From contig CM120642.1 of NCBI GenBank assembly GCA_051362555.1, forward strand, positions 26,412,001-26,476,000: a stretch of DNA of 64,000 bases, written 5' to 3'. This stretch comes from Lingula anatina. Its lineage: Eukaryota > Animalia > Brachiopoda. How positions within the stretch are numbered: position 1 is the stretch's first letter; every line of letters starts with the position of its first letter. The notes beneath the pieces are model-generated. The model was not told where the DNA came from and ran no database searches. It saw nothing but the letters and a program-made list of their open reading frames with translations. This document shows positions 48,706 through 63,700 of the stretch, piece by piece. The position numbers were made by a program, and so were the translations under genes.

Positions 48706-51700
48706 GAATCCAGGGTGAGTACCGAAGAAGCCAAATATATTCCAAGATATAACAATAACTAGGAACTCGATCAGTTCAAGAGATGCTTTTATACAACCTA
48801 AATTGATGTTAATTAAACTAAGTTTAGTAGGATATAAATCGGGTCCGAATTTCTTGAGCAATTTGGATTTTTATTATCGCCATCCTTTTTGCTCATTCGA
48901 AAAGCATTGTTCAGCAAGTGGTTTTCGGAACCGTGTGACCTTTGCACGACACTTCTTGACAGCCGATTTAGCGAGGCTTTTAATTATCTTTTGTAGACGC
49001 TGATGTTATGAAACGTTGCAGTTACATATATCAACCTCACAGCCTACCAGACGTGTATATAATTGGTCAGGTATGTTGAAACAAGTATTTGACCCATTTT
49101 AATTTGCCCCTCAATGCGGATGACCTACTTTTTCAAGTCAACAGATGATGAGATGAAGTCTGTCAATTGTGACCAAATTTTGTCATGTACTTCTTTGGTC
49201 ACTTTGATGGTATTTTTGCATGATATTTTACCATAAATGATAGCACTGGGATACGTAAAGTGGCGTTTTGGGCAATGTCAACATTGCTTTTGACGTTTCT
49301 TAGATGTACAAAGTGCAGCCATGTTTTTCAAGTAGTAGAAAGTGAGGTGGACCAGGGTAGGTATGAATAACAAATAATGGCATTTGGTCTTTTATTTCAA
49401 TTGATTATGATATTCACATATTAAAAAACAAAAATTTACCATAGCCCATTGATATCTGTTGTTTATATTTGCTTTCAGAATGTTTTTTTTTTTAATTTGT
49501 ATTTTATTCAATGAAAGTTCTCAGTTGTTCATGACTCATTTCACTAAATATTTATATTTCTTTCACATCAATGCTGTACTTGGAATATAGATGGGTAATC
49601 CACAAATATATATTCAGTCCTTCACTTTTATATTGTCTTGCAAAATAAAAACTAATGTAATTTATGTTCAAAACAGTTACTTTTTTATTTATAAATATTT
49701 GCTTATATTACTATATTTGAAAACTGGAGAAATGTTTAAACCAGCATAAAACCAATTAACAAAGTTAAGATACAGTTGAATGATCTTTTGAGAATACTTA
49801 TCCCTCTATCTCCCCCCCCCCCTTGCCAATGCCCCCCCGCCCCCCACCCCCAGTCACACATGCACGCACTCACGCAATAAAATGAACAGATAATAAAAAA
49901 ATGAATATTAAAAAGCATTGGCTATTTATTAATGAGCTTTATTCCTGTAACATGTACCACCGCCCTGTGCTTAACCCTCATGTGTTAAAGTTAGCATGAA
50001 AAAATTAAGCTTGGATTTAGAATTTTGATGTTTAAAAAGCTTTATGTTACGTAATTGGCCAGTCCTTAAACAGTCTGTATGAGATGTCCCCGCAACTTTT
50101 GTTTTTTTTTTAACTCAAAATCATCAGTCTCTTTCTTGGTGTGACTTACTTTATTAAGAGGCATATTAGGCGAGCACGTTCATGTGATTGTCATGAAACC
50201 TGGCCAAAGCCCATTTATGCTTCAAACAGTATAACTAAGAAATATCATAGAGTTTCGTTACAGTATTACCTGGAAAATGATATCTGTACTTATACATCCT
50301 GCTTATTTTAAGTGCTTTGTAAACAGAATGGAGATAAACGTAGGTCAAGTTATCAACCAAAAATTTGAAGATGTTGTTTGAAAGCTTTAAGCTGCTGCCT
50401 GGAGGAAAAAAAAAAATTATATATATATATATAATTTTAATTGTATATATATTTTTAAAAAATATTTTTTTAATTTTTTTTTTTCGGAGGGGAGCATATG
50501 GCTTTTATTTGTGTTATGTTTCGTTTTTTTGGGGGGAAGGGGGTATGGATTTTATTTGTTTTGTATAAAAAAAATGGCACCGATAATTTATATACATTAT
50601 AGGGAATTTACTTTCGCTGCATTTGTAAAATCTTTAAAGCATTTTTGATAGTGCTTGTCATACCTTTCCTTTGATACCCAATGTTAGCCTTGTCCTTTCA
50701 AAGCACTCAAGACATATTGTAAACTTTTTGATGATAAAATTTTAAGTTTCCCTAAATACAAAATCTGTCCTACATTTTTGCAAATGCAATGGTCTCCATG
50801 CCCTTGATTTTTGCTATTTTTAAACATAAATACAATTTAAAGTATTAGCCTGTTTGAAATATATACAAGTATATACAAGCTAGGATTCATTCATTTATTT
50901 TGAATCTCAGATACAAGTCACCAGATTGATGTCAATTGCAACAGGTAATGAAGCCCAAATGTCAGAAAACTACCCATTTCAGTAACCCTGCGACATTATC
51001 CAGATCATAGATTAGGGTAGAAGTACATGTAAGGTATGATAAAAAAAAAATGTTCCAACATAAATCCTATTAGCAGTGTATGTACTATTTGATTCCATTA
51101 GTATGGATTGAATCACCTGTAGAGACTACATAGTTTTTTTTTTTTTTTTTAAATTTTTTTTTGCCCAAATTCAACTGTGTTTAACATTTGAAATTTATTA
51201 ATAACTATTTTGCTAGTGTAAATCAACTTAAACTGTTAGACAAGGGATGGAACTAAAGCTGTAGTAGAAATGTGCTCAGTAAGATCACCATTGTACCAAA
51301 TAGTCTGACCTGTAATTTGAGCCTGATCAAGAACAGAAAGTGGCTTCAATATCAGCACTCCTGATAAAATAAAGATAAAAAAAGTACATAATGGATCAGG
51401 ATTTCATAGCTTGCATTTCTCCCCCCCCCCCCCCCCCTCCTTGTTCACACATGCAGCAGTATGCCAATGTCAGACTGAAAGTGAAAAATACTGCAACAAC
51501 TCTATCTTTTCCATGGAGAGAAATCATAGGTCTTTCAGTTTCATAATTTTAGAATCATAAAAATATATTTTTGTGTTGCATTTTTGGTACTTTTATAGAA
51601 TAAAACTATATGGTAGCCTGCTTTTCTATATTCTTGCTTCTATTCAGTATGAGTGTTCTTATTTTTAAGAATTAATGAATTGAAAAAAGTCAGCAGAAAC

Positions 51701-54700
51701 TGTAAAATGCACTATTTTCCCCATTGAAAAGATTAAGAAATTATCGTATATGAAATGAATAAGACTGAATGCATGAAAATGAAATAAGACTGTGTATGGA
51801 ATTGATTTTGATTTCTCATGAATTTTATTTATTTTTTATTAATTTGATTAAAGAACATGATGTGATAAAATTAAGCTAATACTTACATAAAAGATCCAGC
51901 TTTTGCATATGAGAATTATTAAGTTTTATTAAGAAAAGGTACTTTGATCATTTAAACTATAAGAACATTGATTATGGCAAACAATCCTTTGGCAATAACA
52001 AAGACACTAACCATGACCAAAACAATTACATAGATAGGGAACTATATGAATCCATATACCATGGTAAACCTGATACCACTTCTCATCAATAATGTTTTAG
52101 AAAAAATTGGGTAATGTGGTTTCTGCCAAACGTATTAGTGCCAAAAGTGCCTGTGCCACATCACACATTACGGACTGATGCCTTTGTATGGTGGACTTTG
52201 GTTGAATTTAGTCACTTGCAATTCATTCCTGTGTCTTAAACATTTAGATGACAGTTATGGAGATGAAGTACAATGTGCATTTTAATTATGCATTTACAAG
52301 AAAGGAACATTTTGGTACTTGTATTGGCAACACTTAGAATTTCCATTGTTTCAAAATGTGCAGGTTCATTGAAAACCATATTCTCACTAAGTATTAATAT
52401 AGGTATAAATCTGAACCAGATATAAAGAGAAAATCAAGTAAAGAAGTGGGTGGAGTATTCAAGGGACACCTCTTCAAGGTTCCATAGGCTTCTTGTTAAT
52501 GATCACCAGATGGTCACATGATCCTGTGAAAGATATTGAGAGGAATGTGGCTGTGCTAAGGGCTGAGATCACTCCCCATTGCTGATGTCACTTCATTAAT
52601 ATTCATGAAGTAGGTCTGAACCTTTTTTGCCCAGACAGAATAGAACCCTCCCAAATTACAAAGTACAGTGTTTGGTAATGACCGTAGAGCACCATTTATA
52701 TGACACAGACAATTCAGGTTATTTATCTTATTTATATTTTATCTTGATATTGTATTAGTATATAAAACTATGTGGTTGCCATATATGTCATTGAAAAACC
52801 TTTGAGTAAAAATTAGGTCATTGATTGAAGAGGTGTATGGCACCTATTCACAAGTCCTTTGTGTCCACAAACTAATTTCATTTTCATTATATTTCATTTT
52901 TGTAGGACATAGACAAAATTCTGTATTTGGTTATTAGCCACTGTTTGGTTTGGGGGCCCTTTATTGTTGCCTTAAATCACACCATATAAGAACAGTACAA
53001 TTGGTACACTTATTTTAAAGCCTTAAATGTTATCTTAGTAATGGGTGAGCAATTTTATGCCCTTAACAAGCCATGTAGTTACCTCAAATTTGAAATCTTT
53101 GTTCAAAATGTTCACTTGTATATCTTTCCAAATTTCCTTGTTGGGTAATTTCCTTGAAGCTACACAATGCCATTTCAGCAGCGTAATTTTGCATGATTCT
53201 TTTCCTCCAGTTCATCTGTGTTGTACAGTTTTACCTCTTTTTGCCATATTTATAATTGGTGCATAATTAGCATTATATTTTCCCTTTCATAATTTTTCAT
53301 ATATGTTTTTTATGAAAATTATAAAACATCACTATAGGAAAAGATTTAGACTAAGGTATTCTTAAAAAATAAGTACTTACTAATCCCTACACAAATTGCA
53401 ACAGTATTTAAAAACATTTAGACAACCAAAATTTTGCCAAATGTGAAAGAAAGTGGAAATATTTATTAAATTTCCAACCCATTTATTATTTGCATGAAAA
53501 GCAAGACCCAAAGTGTTTTAACTGAACCTAACACCTTGAAATCTTTCCAGCTTTCATGTTATTATTATGTGACCCATGTGAGAAATCTGACGTAGAGAGA
53601 GCACCATACCTATTGTGCATTTATATAAATAAATTATCTTCTTGCATTAAAGGGCATGATTGCATTTCAATTGTTGTGAAATTCAAATTCTGTTCAGTAG
53701 TTTATGGTGTACCTGCCAGTTATCTTATAATTAATTACTGGCACATCAGCATGTTATGTTAGTTGCGTAAACAAAGATGTTTACAAATGAGTAAAACTGA
53801 AAGCGTAATTATTTTTTCTTTTCATCTCATACATGTATTTTGCTCTCTTTGTGTTTTGATAAGTGGCAAATCAGTACACTTGCAATGACCTGAAAAAATG
53901 GAGTTTTGGTTTCGGCATTACTATGAGGGAATAACTTTCATATACCTGTGACATTTTGTATCTTCTACCATCATCAGATAGAACTACTATTTCATATTAA
54001 AAAAGAAATATGAAATAGCAATTATCAACAATCACCAAAAAAACTGGAAAAAATACAAAATGCTACCATTGCTTCAGTAATTTCATGTCTAGATGCATAT
54101 GGTGACTTATTTGGGCTTTTGGATTTCAGTGACATTTGGGGTGTTGCCATATTTATTCATAATGATGAAACACATCACACTGCTCCTACCTCTCATATGA
54201 ATGTATTTGAAATATATAAACACAACAAGCTTCAAATAGCAAAATTTGGGTGATAGTTTTTGGGGGCGTTCTTTAGGAATTTTAAATCTAGCTGATACAT
54301 TTCTTTCTAGATTTGTTTTGCGGTGAATTAACATTATGTACAGACTTTCATGTCTTATCAGTTATGTTTCATAGAAGCAGTGGCAGTCAGTTTATCTTTT
54401 TAACAATTACCTCAGTAAATTTCAAGCTAACATATATAATATGGCCTATCTGTTGCTACTTCAGAATTTTATCTAATTAGTCCACAGCTGGATTTTGAAA
54501 ACTTTTGCTGTTTTAAACGTAATTTTTTTTTTTTTTTATTTTTCAGTGAGACGAGCTGTTCCTCCCTGGTCCTCTGTAGTAGGCTCAGAATGAAGGAGGC
54601 TTTGCTGGGGAGTGCAGACACCATCACCATGGAAACCAGACAAAAACAACTGGAGAAAAACAATGAAAAGGATCTTAAGCCAGACTCTGAAACCAGCACA

Positions 54701-57700
54701 GACAAAACAGTCACAGAAAATATGAAAGTCAACAGCAAGGAAAATTGGACCAATGGTCCAGATAAGCAAGTCCAAGAGAAAGAAAACAAGACGACAGAAA
54801 TAAGTAGTGTGTCTGTAGATACTACATCTGCTACTACTGCTTCGAGTGTGATGGCCAGAAGGAGGGGACCTCGCGCAAAAATGAGCGTTGCCTCACCAAC
54901 TAAGACTGCCATCTCTGATTTTCGAGAAAGACAAGCCGCTGCAGCCAGGGGGGAAGGGTCTGGGTTTGTTGCGCGAAGAGTTTCTGCTCGAAAATCTATC
55001 AGCGATTCTAGTCATAATAAGCAGCTACCAAAAACTCACGAATCACTGGACCAAATTGATGAACTTTTACATGGAGAGGAAGCTCCATCTGAGCCTTTGA
55101 TTGAGCCAGATTCTACGACCAATGAGGCGGAGCCTTTGCTTTCAGCACAGGAAGCTCCCAACTTGTCCCAGAATGCACCTTTGAAAATTGATGAACCCAA
55201 AGTAGACACAGATAAAAATGATTCTCTTATGACTCGAAACTTCAGTGAAAAGTTTCAGATTTTTAAAGCCAAGAAGACACTACCCTCACTCACATCTTTT
55301 AAGGCCAGAAAGTCATTTCCGTGCACTTTTGATAAAGTTCTTACGGGAGAAAAACCTCTTCCTCAAAAAGCTAAGAAAAGTTTTGTTTCCAGAAAAGCAG
55401 ATGAGGTCACCATGGTGAATCTTGCTCCCCTAGCTAATGTTAAGTTGCGTCTGCCGGATATTGAAAGTGCCCTTGGTATAAGACCCAAATCCGTTTCTAG
55501 CAGTGGTCAGAGAAAAAGCACAGAGCCAGAAAGTGGCAAAACACAAACTGACAACAGTAACATTTTTGAAATTGCAAAAACAATTGGCGCTGGGTTGCCA
55601 AGTGACCTCGTTGAAACCTCTGAAAGTGTGGATTCACAGTCCATGGATGAGTCCGTGGATGGCTATTCCGATAGCAGTGGACTTTCTGAACAGACAAGAC
55701 AAAAGCGAACGGCTCTGAGAGAGAATGCTAGAAAGAGGGATGTCCACTGGAGGAAGAAAAAAAGGAGCAGGTTTGGTGGAACATATGATTTATTTATATC
55801 CAGAAAACGTAAAGCTGCACAACTTGAAAGAAAGAGAAAACTGAAAGAAATAGAGTCTGAACAACAGGATGGTGAGGTTGACAGGGAAACCTCTTTGGGC
55901 CTGGCTCAACAGACGTTGGTCAACTCCACTCAAGTTCCCTCTAAAGATACATTGAACTTTAGTGCTATAGTTGAACTTCTAAAAAAGCCTGTGTCGGCTG
56001 GCATATCCCCACAGCACATCTCAACCAATGCATTGCCAGGTAATACAGTATTGAATACCAATTCAGGACTGCCATCTGGTCCAGAATCAGGGGAAGATGT
56101 GGTCAGTCCGAGTCCAGTTGACAAACAGGAGTCCAGCAAGTGGTCTGAATGGCCCTTGTCCAATCTGCGGTACAGACTTCAAAGGCTCACCCCCCAGGAG
56201 AGGGCCAAATTTCAGTTAAGGAGCAAGGGGAGGAGAGGGGGGAGGGCTTTACTTGGTGGAAGAGCACAAACTAATGTCAGCGACAATGAGGAAATGAAGA
56301 GTCCTTTACGTAGAAAGAAAAGAGGAAGAGGCTGGCCGAAAGGAGTTCCTAGGAAAAAAATAGTAGAAGTTCAAGAAGAAAAAGATGAGCACGTGGGAGA
56401 CCATGATGACAGCGACAAAGGGCAGGATGTCAACTTGCGTGAAAGAACAAGAAGTAGAAGTAGGGGAAGAGAAAGTAAGGAAGAGAGCGAAAAGGATCGA
56501 GTGTCAACTGATGGCACTAGGAGAGAGGAAAATATTATTAAGTCAGAAACCTTGATAAATTTTAACTCGTCCCTAGAGAAAAATGATAAACCTGAAACTA
56601 AATGGAGTAAAACCGAAATAACTGCAAAGGAAGCAGAGGAGTTAGAAAAAAGAAGAGAGGCAGCAAAGGCAAAAGGCAACACGACGTTAGATGAGTGGAT
56701 TAATTCTGGAAATGCTACCAAAATAAGGGTTTTGAAACCAGCGACTATTGCTAAAATGTTGATAGATGATGGAGGTTCTAATACAGAAACTGCACAGTCT
56801 CAAACTCCAAAGGTAAATCAGAAACTGAATGAGTGTGTGTGTGTGTGTGTCCATTCATAGGTGCGTGTGTGTTGAAAAATGACTTGATTGCTGTGATATG
56901 TTTTCATTTAAAGAACCTCGGAAAGTGATATCTACATCTATATTTATGTTCATTCCTTTTTGCATTACATATCATGTTACATGTATAATGTAAATAATGC
57001 AGTACTATAAATGTTATATTTTAATGAAATAAAAATACAACAATTTCTAAAGTGAGAATATGAAATTGTGGTACTTATAATTGAGTCATTTTAACTGTAT
57101 TAGTATTTTACAATACTTAATATCTTTAAATTTTTTTAGGAAAAAGAAATTGCAGCAGGCGTGACCTACATATTCACTTATTATATTCACCGAATGTTTC
57201 AGGAAGAAAAAATTGTACCAGATCTCCCTAAGCCAACATTGGATCTCATTGTTAAAAGCACAAAGGCAGAAGCTGAAAGCCTGCAAGACGCATCAGGCAA
57301 AGGTACTAGTTAGCATTATATTTTTGAATGTGTCTTTGTTTTTTTTTGGCTAGACAAAAGTGTTAACCTGCGTGCATGCACTTCAGTTTTGTTTTTTCCC
57401 ACTAGGTGTAACTGAATTGCACCAGCATTTGAAATTGTTGCATAGAAGATACTGATTTTGCTGAAAAGCTAAATTGCATTCATTTTTTATGGCAAACTAT
57501 CATGAATTTTGTGACATGATTTCTCAAAATGAAAATGTGCCAGTTTGCCCCCCCCCCCCCCCCACACACACTGTTAAAACACAGAATTTATTGCTGTCAC
57601 TTAAAATGTAGTGAAGTGCAATTTTAACAGCATAAAAAAAATTACACACATTCAAAACTGGACAAAGTCAACCCCAAAATTTTGTTGTCATAAATTTCAT

Positions 57701-60700
57701 TAGATTTATGGATTTTTTTTTTTTTTTTTGAAAGAATTGGTGGGTCTTAAATTAGTTCAGTTCTCAATGTGCTTGTAGTGTTTCACATATTGTAATCCAA
57801 TTTTGGTTATGCTGCTCATTGTTTATCTGGAATGTTTTTTGGTGGTATGTCATGGCTTTGTGTTTTTGTGTGCTGCATTTCAGACAAAGCAGATGGTACT
57901 GAGGAAGAAGATGGTGAGTGAAGTCTTAGTATGGATAACAAAATACTTGCTAATACTAGTTAATGACAAAGTTGACTGGATATATGTATTTTTAAGTTTT
58001 GCGTGTGTGGGGGAAATGTATCTTTTCTACTAAAATCTGATGTTATACAGTTTTGATTATCTAACATAGATTAACCACCATTTTGATTCTGATTTAAGAA
58101 AAGATGTAGAAAATTCAACAGAGCTTTTAACAGATGCTGATTACTTCATGAATAATCAAAAACATCAGCAAAGGTTTTTTTTTAGTGGGAAACAATTTGA
58201 AATGCAGGTTAAATAAATATATTGTTAGAGATTTTGCTTCATGATAAACCAAGATAAAAGAAATCAGTAAAAGACAGAAGACATGAAAATGTTGAATAGT
58301 TAAATGACAAATTGGTAATCATCAAAAAGACCTTGGGTTTTTCGTAGAAAAGTGAGCCATTTAACCGGAAAGTAATTTGGTTTGAAGTGCCCATTGTAAA
58401 GCTTAGCACCTTTTTGATTTCAAATTCAATGACATTTGGAAAGAGGATTAAGCTAGCATGCTGAGGTAATTGTTGCTAAGCTGCTTATAAAAAATTAACG
58501 TGTGAAATTCTTGAATGACAGTTGACAATGTCATTAAGAAGCACATTGCAGTTAGAGAATTGTTTTGAATTTATAGCAGAAACATCTAAAACAGAGATCG
58601 GACCAGAGAAAGAAGAAATCATCAAATCTGAACACACATATATTGACAGTAAAGAGGGAATTGATAATGATGATGACACTGATGTTGAAATTAAAGACTT
58701 ACAACAATATACCTCTAACTGTGACACAGATGAGGAACTTGAAGAAGGAGGTATATAAAAAAAAGCATGTATGAATATGACAAGCATGTTTGATCCACTG
58801 CTTACTGCTCTAACTTGGGACCATGGGGACATAGTTTTTCCGTTATTTTACAGCATATATACATATTAAAAATATTATTTCATTAAAATTTCTCTATTGC
58901 TTGGTTATTTTGACTAAAGCTTTGTATATATCAAAGGCATGGACAGAGAAATCTTATAAATATCATCTTGCTTCAGAGTAATGCTCCTATACTAATAAGA
59001 AGTTTTGGTTTGAGATGAGGATTTTTTTATATTTTAAAGGGGTTCTCTGCTTATCTGCAATGAGGAATGGAATAATTCTTTCTGAAGCTATTAATTTGTA
59101 GTAAAACTTCAGAATATGGGCCACAGATCTGTAATGTTACTTCTGGAGTAAGTTCTACCAAAAGAACTACGTTAACTATGCGTTTTTGAAATTCACATCT
59201 AATTTTTGCTCAGTATTAATAATATAAAAAGTAAAATACCTTCCAACATTACATCTACCAGTCAGTCTGACACATTTGCGAAACTGAGGTTATGAAAACT
59301 TTTAAGGTATCCTGATGAAAGTTCGATGTGAATCTGAGTAATGCCTGGTTTACGTAACGAGAAGTTACAGGTTTTAGCTGCATGAAGTCGAGATGTGTCA
59401 TCCAAAGCAGCCAGGTACACGTCTTAAAATTAACCTGAAAATAAACAGGAAGTATGGTAGCTATTTGCAGCTAAGGCCTCCTTCCCACAAACACCATTGG
59501 TCTAGGTACATGTAGATAGAACCAACAACGGGGACTTTTGCTGAGTGCATTCAGCTTTAACTGAATGACATTCCATCAGGCATAGAGTAGAATACAGAAA
59601 AGCTGACAATTATACAAGTATGTAGGAAACAAGAGATGTGTCCTTCAGTTTATCTGATTACACTCAGCAGGAGTCTCCGCAGAGTTGGATCGATCTACAT
59701 AGATTAATGGTGTCTAGGGAAATGGGATCTAAGACTTTCTTGTTGACTCAGAAAGTACACCTGGCATACGTAGTTTTAGTTGTCGTGTTGAACTGCATGG
59801 GAATGCTTGAGCATGAAACTGCTTTTTGTCCAACAATAGACCATCAATACAACTTGTTTTAATAACATGGATTTATGTATTTTCTTATTTCAGGAGTATT
59901 TTAGTTTTTGAGAAGTTGAGTTAACAAAAAAAAAAATAAATAAATAATAATAATAATAATTAAGTTTCAAAATTTGATGATAAAAATGCAAGGCAATTTG
60001 AGTAAATGTCAAACTTGTAATTTTAAGTACAGTCAAGTTATGCATAGCACATTGATCTCTTTGGTTTTTCATTTCTTTTGTATTACATAAAATCAGTACT
60101 ATTATGGCGACAGTAAGGTGGTTCAAAGTCATGCAAAATGTGTCATTGCCTAATGATTTGCTCACTTGGATCAATTTGAAAGAAGACATCCAAAAATTTA
60201 ACTAAGAACACATAAAATCCGTTTTGGTCTTAAACATGTACAGAGTTACTTTATTTTTGAATCCTTCAGGTAAAAATGATAGTAGCAAAAAATGATTATA
60301 GTGAATAATAACCTCGAATGAAATGTTAACACGAAGGTCACTCGGAGAAATTGATTGAATTTTCTAAAAAAAATTGATTTTGATTCCAGCTACCTCAGAT
60401 AGTTGCTCAAGAAGAAGTACCAGGCTTAAAAGGAAAGCAGAAGTTTTGGGTGAGTAACTGATATTTGGTGTTAGTTTTTACACATTGTGGTCTATACTAA
60501 TAAGTATTGTTAAAGAAATTGAAAGTAACGGTGGTCACATTTTGGATTGGAATCGGATCATAAAACATTGTTAGTTCATCTCACATTTCCATATGTTCTA
60601 ATTTTGTTTCAAAGAATATCACATATTGAAATGTGAGATGGATATTTGCTTAATGTACAATTAATGTATTTGGTATTTTCTGTAAATGAATCATTATGGT

Positions 60701-63700
60701 TTGTTAAGTTAGTATAAATTGCATAATTTAATACTTGTAAGGTTATATTTAATTGTGGGTTTTGCAAATGAAAACCATTGGTTTAGATGTAAAACTTAGT
60801 TGGGTGTTTGATGGTGCATGCATTTAACTATAAATCTGAAAATAATTATTGAGTTATCGGTGGATTAAAATTTTAGTAAGCACTTTTGTAGTACCATGGT
60901 TGGGTTCTCCCATATTTGTTGGTCTTGTGTTGGGAACTATTACCAGTATCACCACAGCTGTTTTTTTATGCTAGAATAAAAAACCCATATTTTTGTTTTT
61001 CCTTGTGATTGTTACAAATGAATTTTAAATGGTGTTCTTTTTGTTTGTTACTAATCGTGGACCAATGAAACATAAGTCAATGTTTATTTCAGCATGTTTA
61101 GTTGTTTATTTTTAGGATGTTTAGTTGTCAGTCATTATATTTAAAACGCCCTTTGAATACTTAGGGCATTTTTCATGAATTTCTTTTTACTTCCCTTAAT
61201 AATATTAGACTCTTACATGTGGAATTTAAAATACAAAAATCAAGAAAATAGGTTTTGAGGATTATATTGCATTTAGAGAATTTGATAATAACACAGGTAT
61301 GGTGCATGAACAGCACTGAAAAAGTGTTGCAAATTCATATTATAAACATATAATCTGCGTCAATGAAGAATTTCAATCGTTGTTTACAAGCACACAGATG
61401 TAAGTGCCATTGTAAGTATTTTAATGTTTATGGAAGGTTTATGGATGGCTGCTAAAAAAAAACAATCTTGTTAAAATTTAAATTTTATTCTGGTCAAGCA
61501 GTTAAATTCTGGAGAACTGCAAGTCTATTATGAAAGTCTTTGGTTATGAACAGTAATTAACTTTGTAAAGTAGGAAGTGAATTATATTTAAGAATTAAAT
61601 TAACTATTAAAATGGGGTCCCTTTAAGTAACTGTGCTTCCTCAAACTCTCCAAGAACAGTTTGTAACAACAGTGCAGTAGCAAATGCTTTATCATTGAAG
61701 TCACAAGCGATTTAGGTTTACAATTGCCTATGCATACTGAAAATACATGGTCTTCTACTTATTTGCTACCAGCATGCTTAAAATGGCAGAAACTTGCATA
61801 AATTATTAAATTGAATTGTGTCATCTATAACCCATATGCATGGTTATATGCTATATTGATTAGATAGTAGAATTTTAGTTTTTTATAAATTTATTATATA
61901 AGAAACAATTTATGGCTAAATTGGAACCAACTCTGTTATGTTTTAGGTGTTATGACAGCATAATATAAAAATCTAAATACCCAAATTGAATAAAATTTCT
62001 CCAAAATCTTTTACATGTAAAAAATTAAGCACTATCTTTCTGGTTTTCTTTTAGATGATGACTCTGGCAGTGTATCCTCAAACAACACCACCAACACTGA
62101 TGTGGACGCCAACAGAGGTATGTTGGTAATGTTCTGAAACTTATAAGGAAGTATGGTAATGAAAAAGACATCATGAGAGATAAAACATTTTTGGTTGAAA
62201 CTGTTTTTTTTCTGATCAAGTAAATGAAATGTCATTGAAATGTTGTTTTGAAGAGTTTTCATTTCATTTGGAACCTTTGTAAAATGTCATAAACTTCTTA
62301 AGTGCCAATGTTTGATTCTAATTTCAATTTTTCTAGTCTGCTCATTTGAAAATAAACAAAATTGGTTTATTTTCAGCCAAGAGACAGAAAACGGCCACCA
62401 CAGAGTCCCCTCCTGTTGTTTCACTAACACAAACCTCACAAATGCCTCCAGTTTTACCGTCCAACATCATCGTGACGGTTCCTACACATCCCCCACAGCT
62501 TATCTTGGCCACAATGGTGTCGGTGGCGCCCCAGAGTGGCATGCAGGTGATGCCAGTGTCAACACTACCTATTACAACTGCGAGCAGTATAACAAATGTG
62601 GAGCAGGTGAAACTAAGGTCACTGCTGACGGAACCCAGGAAGGTCAATTCTGCCGCACTGGTGACGTCGAGGTCGCCTGTGGTGCAGGATGTAAAGGTGA
62701 ATAAACAAAGCAAAAACTTGGAATATACAGATGTTTCATGCTTCATCTGAATGAACGTGACCACATTGTCTTTTTCTGGTCTACAACATCATGCACTGTA
62801 TCAAAAAGAGAGAGACTTTCTCTATTGTTAGATCCTATTAGATAACTTTAAAATAATTATATGTCTAAACCCCTACATGGGTCCATTACAGCAAATTTCG
62901 TATATTAAATTCATTTTGATTGGTGGACTTTCAGCCTGCCACCCAGCAGACCTTGCCCCCACAGATGTTTGGTGGTGTTCCCCTGCCAGTGACCCCTCCA
63001 AAGACCCCAGACACTGCCAGCGTGGCCAGCACCTCCAGTAACAATAGTATCAGGTCCACCAGCCCTGCTGCTGCTACTACTGATAAGGTAGGGAGAAGAG
63101 TTTGGTGTTTGGGGGCAGTTCTAGATGTGGAGGTTCATTTTATATTTTGATGAAGGGCCATTTCAAAATATTTTCTCCTTTGTTTGACTTGGTTTATCAT
63201 CAGTTGACAGTGTACTATTATGCCATTATTTTTGCATCATACACCTTTATGTTGTCATTTGATTATTTTGATTAAACTGACCACTTCTTATTATTTGCTA
63301 AGTCTGTGAATGGAGACACTGGGGCATTTTCAATTTTTGTCTGCTTGATTCAGATTTCTGTAAAGAAGCAGTTGTGAGATATTGATACTTTGGTAGCAAA
63401 CTTTGATAACTTTCAGGACAAAAACTTTCTCTATGACAGCAGACTTCTCTGAAACGTTTCAATAATTTTTCATCTTTGATTCAGATTCCATCAATAAAGA
63501 AGCTACGTCCAATTCTGCCTGCACACGACCGTGACCTCATTCCTTTGTGTTGTTGCAAGATCAATGGCACGGCCTTCGCCAACATGAACCGCACAGTGTA
63601 TTGTCAGGCCTTGGAATCCATTGATGGGAAGGTAAGGCATGAGAAGGTTATTATAAGGCCCTTGAATTCATATGGTAATACATGCAACTTTAAGGCCACT

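Noticed and set aside
54469-62764. Minus-strand ORFs 54469-54912, 55930-56163, 56371-56721, 58485-58832, 62342-62764
   Set aside because: Antisense shadows of EHMT coding exons with no independent signals.
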